Shown here one piece after another: positions 51,180 through 61,527 of a stretch of DNA of 64,000 bases; position 1 is the stretch's first letter; every line of letters begins with the position of its first letter. The translations under genes and the position numbers were made by a program. The notes beneath the pieces were generated by a model. It was given only the letters and a program-made list of their open reading frames with translations. It did no database searches and was not told the DNA's origin. Source of the DNA: Nitrosopumilus sp. Lineage in GTDB: Archaea > Thermoproteota > Nitrososphaeria > Nitrososphaerales > Nitrosopumilaceae. Location: contig OZ241981.1 of the NCBI GenBank assembly GCA_965204345.1, forward strand, positions 480,001 through 544,000, given 5' to 3'.

Positions 51180-51959
51180 TTGCAAATTTCCAAGATCATC
51201 CTGTATGACGAGCCTACAGTTCCAGAAATACAGATTCAGAAAACAGGCAAATTCATTGCAGATACACTTAATGTGGAGACCCAAGTACGGGCAAACTTTT
51301 TTCAATCAAAAAAAGAGGAGAAAATATTTGAAAAGACAGCGGCGGCCAGAGTTTTTGATTTAAAAGGCAAATTTGTAAGGCATGCGCCAACACCAAATGA
51401 AATTTTGATTGAAAAAGAAGATTTAGAGACATCAGAAAAAAACGCCATGATCGTATATGACGGATTTGAGTTGCAAAACATAATTACAGAATTCATCCCA
51501 AAGGAAGAAAACAGATCAGATACATTGCATATCATCCTAACAAACAAGCTAACTGCAACATTTGATCAGGATGATTTTAGATATCATGCAAGATCCCTGA
51601 TTGGCACAAATCCCACAATCATCTCAACAACAGGAATGATTGAGGCTCCTGCAAAGCCAAAACAATACTACTTGGATCTTATGACAGACCAACAGTCCGA
51701 AGAAAAAATAAGAGAGATTGGAGAAAAATACAAGGGACAGTTTTTAGAGTATCATGATTCAAGACTAGATAAGATCACAGAGGGATACGTGCTCCAGTCC
51801 ATAGTATATTATGTTACAGGAGAGGCATTTTGTGAGGATAAAGGATGCAGGCTATTTAATGCGCATTGGCAAAAGGAATTATTTTACACCCAAATAGAGA
51901 ACAGAAAGCTATGCAAAAAACATTCAGAGATCATAAATGAAATTAAAAACAAAGTCTAA
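51180..51959 (+). CDS. Putative metallopeptidase (DUF6775-like)
   Basis: RYHAR, EAPAKP and GEAFC..C.LFNAHWQ motifs. Confidence 0.75.
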   Translation: MQISKIILYDEPTVPEIQIQKTGKFIADTLNVETQVRANFFQSKKEEKIFEKTAAARVFDLKGKFVRHAPTPNEILIEKEDLETSEKNAMIVYDGFELQNIITEFIPKEENRSDTLHIILTNKLTATFDQDDFRYHARSLIGTNPTIISTTGMIEAPAKPKQYYLDLMTDQQSEEKIREIGEKYKGQFLEYHDSRLDKITEGYVLQSIVYYVTGEAFCEDKGCRLFNAHWQKELFYTQIENRKLCKKHSEIINEIKNKV

Positions 51960-52022
51960 AGAAAATCCAAAGGGAGGTGGGGGATATTCACTTAAATTAT
52001 TGAGGCAAAGACCAGTAACATA

Positions 52023-53024
52023 ATGATGGCAGCAGATGCAGGTTCCGCAGTTCTTCAAACAAAAGACGACGGGCCTGAGATTCCCGACAAAAGTAAGACA
52101 AAATATGACGTCATCATCATAGGTGCAGGTCCCGCAGGATATACCGCAGGAATATACTGCTCTAGGGCAGGTTATGATACCCTGATTTTGTCAGGAATTT
52201 TGCCAGGAGGGCAGCTAGTAAACACAACAGAGGTTGAAAACTATCCGGGATTTGAAAATGGCATAATGGGCCCAGACCTAATGATAGACATGAGAAAGCA
52301 GTCACAAAGAATGGGAACTACCATTATCGATGACGTGGCAGTAGATGTGGATTTTAGACGGAGGCCGTTTAAGGTACTAACAGCGTCAGAGGAATACGAA
52401 GGACGTGCAGTTATCATTGCAACAGGTGCAAATCCAAGAAAGCTAGGCGTTGAGGGAGAAGAGATATTTAGTGGCAAGGGGGTATCGTATTGTGCAACAT
52501 GTGATGGGCCATTCTTTAGAAATCAGGAGATAGTTGTTGTGGGCGGCGGAGACTCTGCAATAGAAGAGGCAACATTTCTTACAAAATTTGCAACTAATGT
52601 TCATCTAGTACACAGGCGGGAAGAATTACGTGCAAGCAAAATAATGCAAGAGCGAGCGCTAGGCAATGAGAAAATTAAATTTCACTGGAATTCAGTTGTA
52701 ACTCAGATCAAAGGGGACCAAAAAATACAGCAGGCGATGCTAAAAAATGTAAAAACAAACGAGGAAACGGCCCTTGATGCGGGAGGCCTGTTTGTGGCAA
52801 TAGGACACAACCCAAATACAAAACTGTTTGAGGGACAGATTGACTTAGACGATGAGGGATACATAGTACTAAAAAACAAAACATGCACCAACATGGAGGG
52901 AATCTTTGCGGCAGGTGATGTGCATGATAGGAGCTATAGACAGGCAGTTACGGCAGCGGCATTTGGATGCATGGCAGCAATTGACGTTGACAAGTATCTG
53001 ACTGAGGGCGCAGATGCACAGTAA
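52023..53024 (+). CDS. trxB: Thioredoxin reductase
   Basis: GAGPAG, CATCDG, GGGDSA and FAAGD motifs. Confidence 0.97.
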   Translation: MMAADAGSAVLQTKDDGPEIPDKSKTKYDVIIIGAGPAGYTAGIYCSRAGYDTLILSGILPGGQLVNTTEVENYPGFENGIMGPDLMIDMRKQSQRMGTTIIDDVAVDVDFRRRPFKVLTASEEYEGRAVIIATGANPRKLGVEGEEIFSGKGVSYCATCDGPFFRNQEIVVVGGGDSAIEEATFLTKFATNVHLVHRREELRASKIMQERALGNEKIKFHWNSVVTQIKGDQKIQQAMLKNVKTNEETALDAGGLFVAIGHNPNTKLFEGQIDLDDEGYIVLKNKTCTNMEGIFAAGDVHDRSYRQAVTAAAFGCMAAIDVDKYLTEGADAQ

Positions 53025-53239
53025 TGAAGGATGCCCAATGCAAAAAATGTCTGAATAAATTTTATGAAAAAGAAATTTACACCATACAGCAGTTCCAATA
53101 CAGAAAGGAACCAGATTACGAGTGGTCTGTCAAATTTTTTGGGGGATTAAAAATAACAGAGTGGGATTCGTTTTGTGAGGGATGCATCACCATACATGCA
53201 GACGAATCAAAAAAAGCATGGGAGCAAGGCAGGGATTAA
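53024..53239 (+). CDS. Small Zn-binding hypothetical protein
   Basis: CKKC...CEGC; coupled to the trxB stop. Confidence 0.7.
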   Translation: MKDAQCKKCLNKFYEKEIYTIQQFQYRKEPDYEWSVKFFGGLKITEWDSFCEGCITIHADESKKAWEQGRD

Positions 53240-53271
53240 ACTCTTTATTGCATATTGACAAGTCAGATAGC

Positions 53272-53736
53272 ATGAGTGAGAAATCCAAAGAGTCTGTAAA
53301 AAAACACAGCGACAAACTGGCAAAATTAGGCATGGAGATAAGAGGGATTCAGTTCAGCTATAAAGTGGAGGAAAAAACAGACAAAGAATATTGGGAGAGG
53401 AGAATAGATGATTTTCAAAAATACAACAAAAAAAGTTTAGAGTATTACAATCAGGTACATGCAATGATTAGTGCCGTAAACAGGGAAGAATCCCAGATGT
53501 TTCTCATCAGAATCAGCAAATTTCATCAGCTAAGTATCGCGTTGACTGGTACGATGAGAAAAATAAAAGAAAACCCGTCAATAATAAATTCAAGGGACAA
53601 ACAGCAGAGTCTGTGGAGCAAAGAGATCAAAGACCAGCTTACCACTCAAAGCAACGAATGCCTACGACACGAGATGGATATGAATGCAAAATTCAGGGAA
53701 TTGTATGACAAAGAACTGAAAAAATTGTTGGAATAA
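53272..53736 (+). CDS. Helical hypothetical protein
   Basis: Likely start MSEKSKE within ORF 53182-53736. Confidence 0.65.
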   Translation: MSEKSKESVKKHSDKLAKLGMEIRGIQFSYKVEEKTDKEYWERRIDDFQKYNKKSLEYYNQVHAMISAVNREESQMFLIRISKFHQLSIALTGTMRKIKENPSIINSRDKQQSLWSKEIKDQLTTQSNECLRHEMDMNAKFRELYDKELKKLLE

Positions 53737-53748
53737 TAATAAGAATAA

Positions 53749-54765
53749 TCAGTATGCCAATTCAGACATGTGTTTTGCATCCTTGAGTGCTACGTCAAAC
53801 TCTTCTTTGCTCATAACGTTTTGAGTGGAATAAATACTCTTGAATTTTCTGCCATCATCTGCAAAAATTCCGACAGCACAGGCGTTATCTTGTTTAATGG
53901 AATATTTTTTCATGCACGCATATACTGCAGCCGATGAGGGACTGATTAACAGTCTATCCTTTGCAAACACTTCCTTTACAACAGAAAATGCCTCATCATT
54001 ATCAACAGACACCCAATCATCGACGATGCCTTCCCTTTTTAGAAACAGATCAGGCTTGGCAGACTCTTCAAAGTTTCTCCAGCCCTGAATCAGATGGTTT
54101 TGTTGGGGTTGGCAGCCAATTATTTTTACATCAGGATTCCTTTCTTTAAGAAAAGTGCCAATCCCGGTAATGGTCCCGCCGGTACCAACACCTGTAAAAA
54201 AATGAGTTATCCTGCCTTTGGTTTGTCTCCAAAGTTCGGGCCCCGTTCCAACGTAATGTCCCTTAAAATTGGCCTCGTTTGCATATTGGTTGGGGGAATA
54301 GTAAGTGTCAGGTCTTGATGATGCAATGGATGTTGCAAGTGCAATGCTTTGATCAGTTCCAACCCCGACTTTGGGGCACAGGTCATCACTTGTCTCAAAG
54401 ACCTTGGCACCAAGGTTTCGAATGATATCCTTGGTCTCATTGCTTGCTTTTTCAGGAATCACTATCTCAACTTTGTAACCTAGAACGTTTGCAATTCCAG
54501 TCAGTGCAATTCCAGTGTTGCCTGAAGTTGGCTCTATGATTATGCTTTTTCCCTTGGTCAGAACTCCTTTTTCTTCACCATCCTTTATCATCCAGTATGC
54601 GGCCCTGTCCTTTACAGAACCAAACGGGTTATGACCCTCAAGTTTTGCAAAGTACTGGGTCGTGTCATTTGAAAGCGAATCTAATGGTACAAGCGGCGTG
54701 TTGCCCACACGATTCAGCACGTCTGTATCGCTAACAGCAGCAGCAGTAGTAGTAGTAGTAGTCAT
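53749..54765 (-). CDS. PLP-dependent cysteine synthase family protein
   Basis: GNTPLV, NPFGSVKDR, PTSGNTG and GVGTGGT motifs. Confidence 0.94.
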   Translation of the reverse strand: MTTTTTTAAAVSDTDVLNRVGNTPLVPLDSLSNDTTQYFAKLEGHNPFGSVKDRAAYWMIKDGEEKGVLTKGKSIIIEPTSGNTGIALTGIANVLGYKVEIVIPEKASNETKDIIRNLGAKVFETSDDLCPKVGVGTDQSIALATSIASSRPDTYYSPNQYANEANFKGHYVGTGPELWRQTKGRITHFFTGVGTGGTITGIGTFLKERNPDVKIIGCQPQQNHLIQGWRNFEESAKPDLFLKREGIVDDWVSVDNDEAFSVVKEVFAKDRLLISPSSAAVYACMKKYSIKQDNACAVGIFADDGRKFKSIYSTQNVMSKEEFDVALKDAKHMSELAY

Positions 54766-54769
54766 GTGG

Positions 54770-55006
54770 TTACTTCACCTTTTTGATTTGAAATGTGATG
54801 GTATCCCCATCTTTTGATAAATCTAATAACTCGTGTCCGTTTCTTGTAACCCATCTGGAGATATCCTCTTCTGCGGCAGGATCATCAGCTGATACTGTCA
54901 GAGTTTCTCCAACCTGCATTCTTTCAATCTCAATTTTTGTTCTAAATACGGGCTCGGGACAAAACAATCCGGTAGCGTCGATTTTTTTTTCAGAGGATTC
55001 AGACAT
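54770..55006 (-). CDS. TusA family sulfur carrier
   Basis: DATGLFCPEP and ADDPAA motifs. Confidence 0.92.
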   Translation of the reverse strand: MSESSEKKIDATGLFCPEPVFRTKIEIERMQVGETLTVSADDPAAEEDISRWVTRNGHELLDLSKDGDTITFQIKKVK

Positions 55007-55057
55007 GCTAACTAATCTACAAACAATGAATTGTCATATTAAAAGCTATTTTAAAAA

Positions 55058-55783
55058 TCACCTAAAGAGATCCTCATCCTCAGAACGAATAATCTCATCA
55101 ATACTGGAATTTTTAGATTCAAAAGAGTATCCACGAATGACAGCAATGGGACATTTCAGGGACTTGCCCATCACCAATTCAGAAGCTCCAGATAATTCAT
55201 CGGCAATTGCAATGGCAGTTACACGCAAAACATTCTCAAAAGAATCCAGGGTTCCAGCATAATCTAAAATGGGACTCAGACCAGAGACGCCAATGGCGTG
55301 ATTAGTCTGTCCCATTCTAAAGGGGCGTCCAAACGTATCAGAAATTATTACGGCAACAGATACTCCGGACTGCTCCAAAATTCCATCTCTAATCTTTGCA
55401 GCAGAAGCATCAGAATTCAAAGGCAGTAAGGTCGCATAGCCGTCTGCAACATTACTCTCATCAATGCCAGCATTGGCACAGATAAATCCATGTGCAGTCT
55501 CGACAATAATAACTCCCTTATTCATACGAACAATACGCTTTGATTCAGACAGAATTAATTCAACAAGCCTAGAATCCTTTTGATATTGTGATGCAATGCC
55601 TTGGGCCAGCAATGAGGGGGTTACATCAGACAGTCTTACCAGACGTCCCTCTTGCTTTGAGATAATCTTTTGTGCAATTACCAGTATATCGCCATCGCAT
55701 AGTTTCTCAGAATTTAGAACAAGCGAGGAGACATCATCAGAGGATGCAATCTCCTGTGGAATATGAATTGGAATGATTTGCAA
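55058..55783 (-). CDS. cofE: Coenzyme F420-0:L-glutamate ligase
   Basis: KIISKQEG, ANAGIDESN, SDTFGRPFR and ADEL motifs. Confidence 0.94.
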   Translation of the reverse strand: MQIIPIHIPQEIASSDDVSSLVLNSEKLCDGDILVIAQKIISKQEGRLVRLSDVTPSLLAQGIASQYQKDSRLVELILSESKRIVRMNKGVIIVETAHGFICANAGIDESNVADGYATLLPLNSDASAAKIRDGILEQSGVSVAVIISDTFGRPFRMGQTNHAIGVSGLSPILDYAGTLDSFENVLRVTAIAIADELSGASELVMGKSLKCPIAVIRGYSFESKNSSIDEIIRSEDEDLFR

Positions 55784-55817
55784 GTGAAATATCTAATATC
55801 ATCAACTAAAAAATTGT

Positions 55818-56468
55818 TTATGCCAAGGGCACGGACTCTAATTCTAGTTTATAGTGCTTGTTGATAATGTCTAGAATTTTAGAAAGATCTTTTTCTTCCA
55901 GGGTTGTAGTTGCCAGGTCCTTAACTATATCTTGAGCACGATATGCGATTCCCAACCCACATATGTCAAATAACTTTACATCATTTGCGCCATCTACAAC
56001 ACATACAATATCTTCTTTTTTCTCACCCCATTCTTGAATTTTAATTCGGGCAGACTTTGATTTGTCAGAATCCACGTTAATTTTAACGCCGTCTAATTTT
56101 CCATCTTTGAATATCAGTTCATTAGAATAAACATAATCCAAATCCAACTCCTTTTGCAACCTATGCATCATCAAGGTAAATCCGCCAGATACTGCCATTA
56201 GTTTCCACCCGGCAGCCTTTAATGCCCTGCAGGCCTCTTTTGCGCCAGTCATGATTGGCAGGCCATCAGATATCTCCTGGCATGTTTTCTCATCTAATCC
56301 CTTTAGGGCAGCAACTCTAGTACGAAGTCCCTCTTCCCAGTTAATTTTACCCTGAATTCCCTGCTTTGTAATTTCCCAAATTTCATCCTCTTTGTTGAGT
56401 TTTTCTGCAAGGATTGGAAGATATTCCTCATCATACAGGACTCCTTCAACATCAAAAATTACTAGCAA
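55818..56468 (-). CDS. serB: Phosphoserine phosphatase
   Basis: FDVEGVL, VSGGF and DGAND motifs; likely TTG start. Confidence 0.88.
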   Translation of the reverse strand: MLVIFDVEGVLYDEEYLPILAEKLNKEDEIWEITKQGIQGKINWEEGLRTRVAALKGLDEKTCQEISDGLPIMTGAKEACRALKAAGWKLMAVSGGFTLMMHRLQKELDLDYVYSNELIFKDGKLDGVKINVDSDKSKSARIKIQEWGEKKEDIVCVVDGANDVKLFDICGLGIAYRAQDIVKDLATTTLEEKDLSKILDIINKHYKLELESVPLA

Positions 56469-56937
56469 TAGATTTCTGAATTGGAAAAAATCGCTAATTA
56501 TATTAAAGTTAAGGTAACGGTTTTGTCGCTGTTTAAACACTTTTGATGACTTGGATCGCATGCTGTAATGATTTTATTTTTAATAGATATTCAATGGCAT
56601 AAAGTAACTCCCAGTCTTGAGCGTTCCATCACCATACCGTTTGAAGATAATTTGAATTCATAAAGGAAATAAATTTTCTCCAGGAAGAATAATATTAAAA
56701 CCGTCAGGCCCGCAGATTAAAACTGTCTTTTCTAATTTAATTCAGCAATGTTTGTAGTCCATTAATTGAGGGATGATGCCTGAATTGACATCAAGGGCGA
56801 TAGCAAATGGAAAATTATCATGGAGAATGCCATCTTCTGACAGTTGACAGCAAGAGGATTTTCAGGCATCTACAGACAAGTTAACAGAGCCGAGGATCCA
56901 ACTAAATTATATAAATGATTAAAACGATTTTTGCAAC

Positions 56938-57078
56938 ATGGCATTAAGGGAAGTAAAACCATTAGATAAGAAACAATGGAAATTAGTAACTGCAAAATTG
57001 GAATCAGGTCCAACTAAAAAATCCGTTAACGCATTACAAAAGGCACTTAGTCTAGCCGCTCAAATCAAAGAAGCATAA
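56938..57078 (+). CDS. 46-aa putative antitoxin (TacA/AtaR C-terminal-like)
   Basis: Read by eye: MALREVKPLDKKQWKLVTAKLESGPTKKSVNALQKALSLAAQIKEA*; TATA-like ttatataaa upstream; 8 bp before the GNAT. Confidence 0.55.
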   Translation: MALREVKPLDKKQWKLVTAKLESGPTKKSVNALQKALSLAAQIKEA

Positions 57079-57086
57079 TTTTACCC

Positions 57087-57713
57087 TTGTCAAAAGTTCC
57101 AAAAACTATTAACTATTATCTCATGATGTTTTCAGTCCAGTTAGAAGACACTGCATCTATAGATCGGTCCTTTGAATGCAGCAATCCAAAATATACAGAA
57201 TATTATAGAATACATGCTTTTAATGACATGCAAACAGGAATTGGAAAAACATGGGTTCTAACATACAAGGACAAAGCCATTGGCTTTATTTCAATAGCAA
57301 TGGCTCATATTAGACAAGAAAGACATGAAGATTTGCAAGATAACGGATTTGGGAATATCCCTGCATTATTGATTGGGCATTTAGCAACACATCAAGATTA
57401 TGAAAACAGAGGTGTTGGGACTCGTCTTCTTGCATGGGCAATAAAAAAAGCTACAGAATATTCAAAAACAATTGGGTGTAGTATTGTAATGTTAAGTCCA
57501 GAAAACAAAAAAAATAGAGGCTAATACAAAAAACGTGATTTTGTATATGTTCCACATGACAACAAGGAAAGGGATGCCTTCTTTTTTGGCATCAATCATA
57601 ATAAAAGAGATTCTGCAAAAAAGAGATCAGACAAAAAGAGATCAACAAGAAAAACTATAGCTAAAAAGGGATCAACAAGAAAAACTATAGCTAAAAAGAA
57701 ACCCTCACGTTAA
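57087..57713 (+). pseudogene. GNAT acetyltransferase toxin (TacT/AtaT-like) with a premature stop
   Basis: FECSN, IPALLIGHLAT and RGVGTRLL motifs; in-frame TAA at 57522-57524 just before YKKRDF; frame continues to 57713. Confidence 0.75.
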
Positions 57714-57984
57714 TTAAAATGAAAAAATTTCTTGTATTTTTAAAAAACAAGCAAAAGACTATGGCGATTCTTTGATTGTTAAAGCAAAATTCCTCTTTGT
57801 GCACTGATTTCTGTTTCTGGCCTTCAAAAGAACAATTCAAATCTCAACTAGTCCGAGTTCAAACACTAATGCGGTTAACTCTAGAGAATCCACAATCTTT
57901 AGGTTATTTGACTTTACGTAAAGATTGCATTTAGAAAAAAATTAAAGAAGAGTTTGATATGATTTTAAAGAAGAAAAAATGGAT

Positions 57985-58263
57985 TGTTACTTGCTTCCAG
58001 TTAATCCCAACTCCATCACTAGCACCATAAAATGATTTTAGAGCAAAAATGATGACTCAGATGATTAGTGCTTTTTCCTGGCATCCTTTAGAAATAAGAT
58101 ATAATCTCCAATTCTTTCTTTTATCTCTATATTTTCAGGATTTGGATCAAATGATTCAAGTTTATGATATTCTGCAATGGGCTAAATGGCATAGATATTG
58201 TTTTCTTGTTTTCGGACTTTGAATATATTGCTCAAGGATCACAATAGACCTTGGAGTTTTCAT
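57985..58263 (-). pseudogene. Integrase N-terminal domain remnant
   Basis: Translated by eye: MKTPRSIVILEQYIQSPKTRKQYL / ERIGDYILFLK / ALKSFYG..DGVGINWK; frameshifted. Confidence 0.55.
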
Positions 58264-58379
58264 AGCAGGTTATGAATCTAAAGTGTTTAAGCCCTTTTTT
58301 GGTTCTGTTAATTAAAGTTTAAACTTTTTTGAGATCAAAAAAACGCTAGTAATAAATCACCGAGTGAATTACACCAAGC

Positions 58380-58667
58380 ATGGCCGATGAATTAGAACAC
58401 AAGTTCGAGGTAGAAATTAAAGAAAGGGAAGGCAGGCAAAAGCTCCCGGACCCAGTCAAGGAGGAACTAAGAGCATCCGGAATGATGGATGAGAAAGGAA
58501 AGTTGAAACTAAAGGGAGTTAGTCCGAAAATGCTCAAAAGGATGAAGCAAGAGTTTGTAGAATGCCCAGTCTTAAAGGAGGATATCCACTTTATCCAGTG
58601 CTTTGTGTGTCCAAATTTTCAAAGCAGGGTAATGGGCAAAGTGCTTTGCAAGGGCGACAAGCTATAA
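58380..58667 (+). CDS. Cys-rich hypothetical protein
   Basis: VECP...QCFVCPNF...VLC. Confidence 0.75.
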   Translation: MADELEHKFEVEIKEREGRQKLPDPVKEELRASGMMDEKGKLKLKGVSPKMLKRMKQEFVECPVLKEDIHFIQCFVCPNFQSRVMGKVLCKGDKL

Positions 58668-58711
58668 CAAAATAAATTCTCACGAAAGGCTCATTAGTTA
58701 AGCTAATTCAA

Positions 58712-60163
58712 ATGATTCTGTTGAGCAAGGAGGACGTAGGAGTTACGGTTTCAAAAGACGATGATTTTAGTGAATGGTATACACAAGTAGTTCTCAAGGC
58801 CAAACTTGCAGATTATGCACCAGTCAAAGGCCTAATTGTACTAAGACCTGACGGATATTCAATCTGGGAATCATTGCAAAGTACATTTAACAAAAAATTT
58901 TCAAGAAACGGAATCAGAAACGGGTTTTTGCCAATACTAATCCCAGAGTCACTGCTAGGAAAAGAACAAAAGCATTTTGCAGGATTCAATCCAGAGGTAT
59001 TTTGGGTAACGCACTCAGGAACCAACGAGATAGGAGACAGGCTAGCATTAAGGCCAACATCAGAGACTCTGGCATACACATTGTATTCAAAATGGATTCA
59101 AAGCTGGAGGGATTTGCCACTAAAAATCAATTTTTGGAATACTGCCCTAAGGGCAGAAATTAAGGCAACAAAGCCATTTTTGAGAACGTCGGAATTTTTG
59201 TGGCAGGAAGGCCACACAGTACATGCCACACAAGAGGAGGCAGAAAAGGAAGTCATGAAAATTTTAGAGATTTACAAAAATACAGTGGAGGAAGAGCTTG
59301 CAATTCCAGTTGCAACAGGCAAAAAAAGCGAGAAGGAGAAATTTGTGGGCGCAGTGTACACTACAACCATGGAGTCAATAATGCCAGATGGCAAGGCGCT
59401 ACAGATGGGAACGTCTCATTTTCTTGGACAGAACTTTTCAAAGCCGTTTGAAGTAAAGTTTGCAGACAAGGACAACGTGGAACACCTTGCCTGGCAAACT
59501 TCATGGGGGGTATCCTGGAGACTGATTGGCGCAATGATAATGGCCCATGGGGATGATGCAGGCTTGGTCTTGCCGCCAAAAGTTGCACCAATTCAGGTGG
59601 TAATTGTGCCAATTTACAGAAATGATGAGGGAAAAGAAACGGTACTGCCAAAAGTAAATCAAGTCAAAAATGCATTGGAACTAAGGGAGATCAGGGTCCA
59701 CGTTGATCAGAGAGAGGGGTTATCACCAGGATACAAATTCAATGATTGGGAATTAAAGGGAGTTCCTTTACGAATCGAAATAGGTCCAAAAGACATTGAA
59801 AAGCAAAGTATCGTTGCTGCAAAAAGATACAACCAAGAAAAAATAAACCTGAGGTTTGCTGAAATTGAAAAAATACCCGCAATGCTAGATGAAATCCAGT
59901 CAGAGATGCTAAAAAAGGCAAAAGAGGAATCAGAGACAAACACAGTAAGCATTTCAGACTATACAGAGTTCAAGTCAAGGATTGAGAAGGGGGGATTCTT
60001 CAATTCCCCATGGTGTGGGAGGGCAGAATGTGAGGAGAAGATTAAAGAAGAAACAGGTGCAGAAATCAGAGTAATTCCATTTGGCAGTGAGAATACGGAC
60101 CAAAAATGCATCTACTGCAAGGAACAGAGTGTTTCAATTCCAATCTTTGCAAGAGGATACTAG
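58712..60163 (+). CDS. proS: Proline--tRNA ligase, archaeal/eukaryotic type
   Basis: LRPTSET, FLRTSEFLWQEGH and GTSHFLGQNF motifs; ends ARGY. Confidence 0.97.
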   Translation: MILLSKEDVGVTVSKDDDFSEWYTQVVLKAKLADYAPVKGLIVLRPDGYSIWESLQSTFNKKFSRNGIRNGFLPILIPESLLGKEQKHFAGFNPEVFWVTHSGTNEIGDRLALRPTSETLAYTLYSKWIQSWRDLPLKINFWNTALRAEIKATKPFLRTSEFLWQEGHTVHATQEEAEKEVMKILEIYKNTVEEELAIPVATGKKSEKEKFVGAVYTTTMESIMPDGKALQMGTSHFLGQNFSKPFEVKFADKDNVEHLAWQTSWGVSWRLIGAMIMAHGDDAGLVLPPKVAPIQVVIVPIYRNDEGKETVLPKVNQVKNALELREIRVHVDQREGLSPGYKFNDWELKGVPLRIEIGPKDIEKQSIVAAKRYNQEKINLRFAEIEKIPAMLDEIQSEMLKKAKEESETNTVSISDYTEFKSRIEKGGFFNSPWCGRAECEEKIKEETGAEIRVIPFGSENTDQKCIYCKEQSVSIPIFARGY

Positions 60164-60213
60164 GCAAAACAGACCCACAAACATAATAATGGAAAAAGGA
60201 TGATTTTTCAACA

Positions 60214-61527
60214 ATGACCTCAAACCCAGAACTAGAATCAGGCATACCGCTCTTAGAGCAGTTCAGAGAGACACGAAGTAGGACATTAGAACTAGTTACG
60301 ACTCTAGAAAAGGATGATTTTATAGTCCAAACTGCGTTTTTTACGAGTCCGCCAAAGTGGCACATAGGTCATGTAAGTTGGATTTATGAAACAATTATGA
60401 ATAAAATTGACAAAAACTATGAGTATTATTCTAAGGAATTCTCAGAATATCTCAATTCCTACTATCAGCAATTTGGGGTACCGCATGACAAGGGATTGCG
60501 CGGGGTGGTCTCAAGGCCAACCACAGATCAAGTCTTCCAATACTTTAACACAGTTAACCATAGTGTGGAGAAATTCATCAAAGAACAGACACTAGATGAG
60601 GAAAGTATCAGGTTGATTCAAACAGGCCTGCATCATGAATGCCAGCATCAAGAACTGCTAGTGTATGACTTGCAACACCTGCTTGCAGAACAATACAGGC
60701 CGGTAAGGAAAAACAAAACCAAACAGACGGCGCATCCCCCTAAAGGAGGATCAATCCACATCAAGGGCGGGATATACACCATGGGCAATCAGGGAAGGGA
60801 GTTCTGTTATGACATAGAACTGCCAGAACACAAAGTGTATCTAAATGACTACAAAATTGATGTGTTTCCTGTAACAAATCAGCAATTTTTGGAATTCATT
60901 GAGGATGGAGGATATGAGACATACAAGCACTGGCTATCAGACGGATGGGAGAGAGTTAAGGCAGACAGGTGGAAATCCCCAATGTACTGGGAAAAAATCA
61001 GTGAAAAGTGGCATGTAAGGGACTTTTTAGGAATTAGGGAGATCAATCCAGGTGAGCCGGTATGCCATGTTAGCTATTATGAAGCAGATGCATACTGCAA
61101 GTGGGCAGGCAAAAGACTGCCAACAGAAGCAGAATGGGAAAAGGCCGCATGCTGGAATGAGCAAAAACAGGAAAAAACCGCATTTCCATGGGGGAACCAA
61201 AAGCCAACATCAGAGAAATGTAATTTGCTTGAATCATATCACTGGGGATGCTCAGAAGTCGGGGCATACCCTAGCGGCACCAGTCATCTGGGCTGTCATC
61301 AGATGATCGGAGACGTTTGGGAATGGACATCATCAGAATTCACAGGATATCCAGGCTTCAAATCAGGCTTTGATGAGTATAACGACAAGTGGTTCACAAA
61401 TCAAAAGGTTTTGAGAGGAGGATCATTTGCAACTCCAAAAATGTCAATAAGAGGAAGCTATAGAAATTTCTTCAGATTAGATGAGCGCTGGTTGTTTTCA
61501 GGCTTTAGGTGTGCTGAGGACATCTAG
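60214..61527 (+). CDS. egtB: Ergothioneine sulfoxide synthase EgtB
   Basis: SPPKWHIGH and HHECQHQEL motifs, FGE-sulfatase domain; adjacent to egtD. Confidence 0.9.
   Translation: MTSNPELESGIPLLEQFRETRSRTLELVTTLEKDDFIVQTAFFTSPPKWHIGHVSWIYETIMNKIDKNYEYYSKEFSEYLNSYYQQFGVPHDKGLRGVVSRPTTDQVFQYFNTVNHSVEKFIKEQTLDEESIRLIQTGLHHECQHQELLVYDLQHLLAEQYRPVRKNKTKQTAHPPKGGSIHIKGGIYTMGNQGREFCYDIELPEHKVYLNDYKIDVFPVTNQQFLEFIEDGGYETYKHWLSDGWERVKADRWKSPMYWEKISEKWHVRDFLGIREINPGEPVCHVSYYEADAYCKWAGKRLPTEAEWEKAACWNEQKQEKTAFPWGNQKPTSEKCNLLESYHWGCSEVGAYPSGTSHLGCHQMIGDVWEWTSSEFTGYPGFKSGFDEYNDKWFTNQKVLRGGSFATPKMSIRGSYRNFFRLDERWLFSGFRCAEDI

Noticed and set aside
57635-57698. 30-bp direct repeat
   Set aside because: Tandem with no insert; ordinary slippage in a Lys-rich tail.
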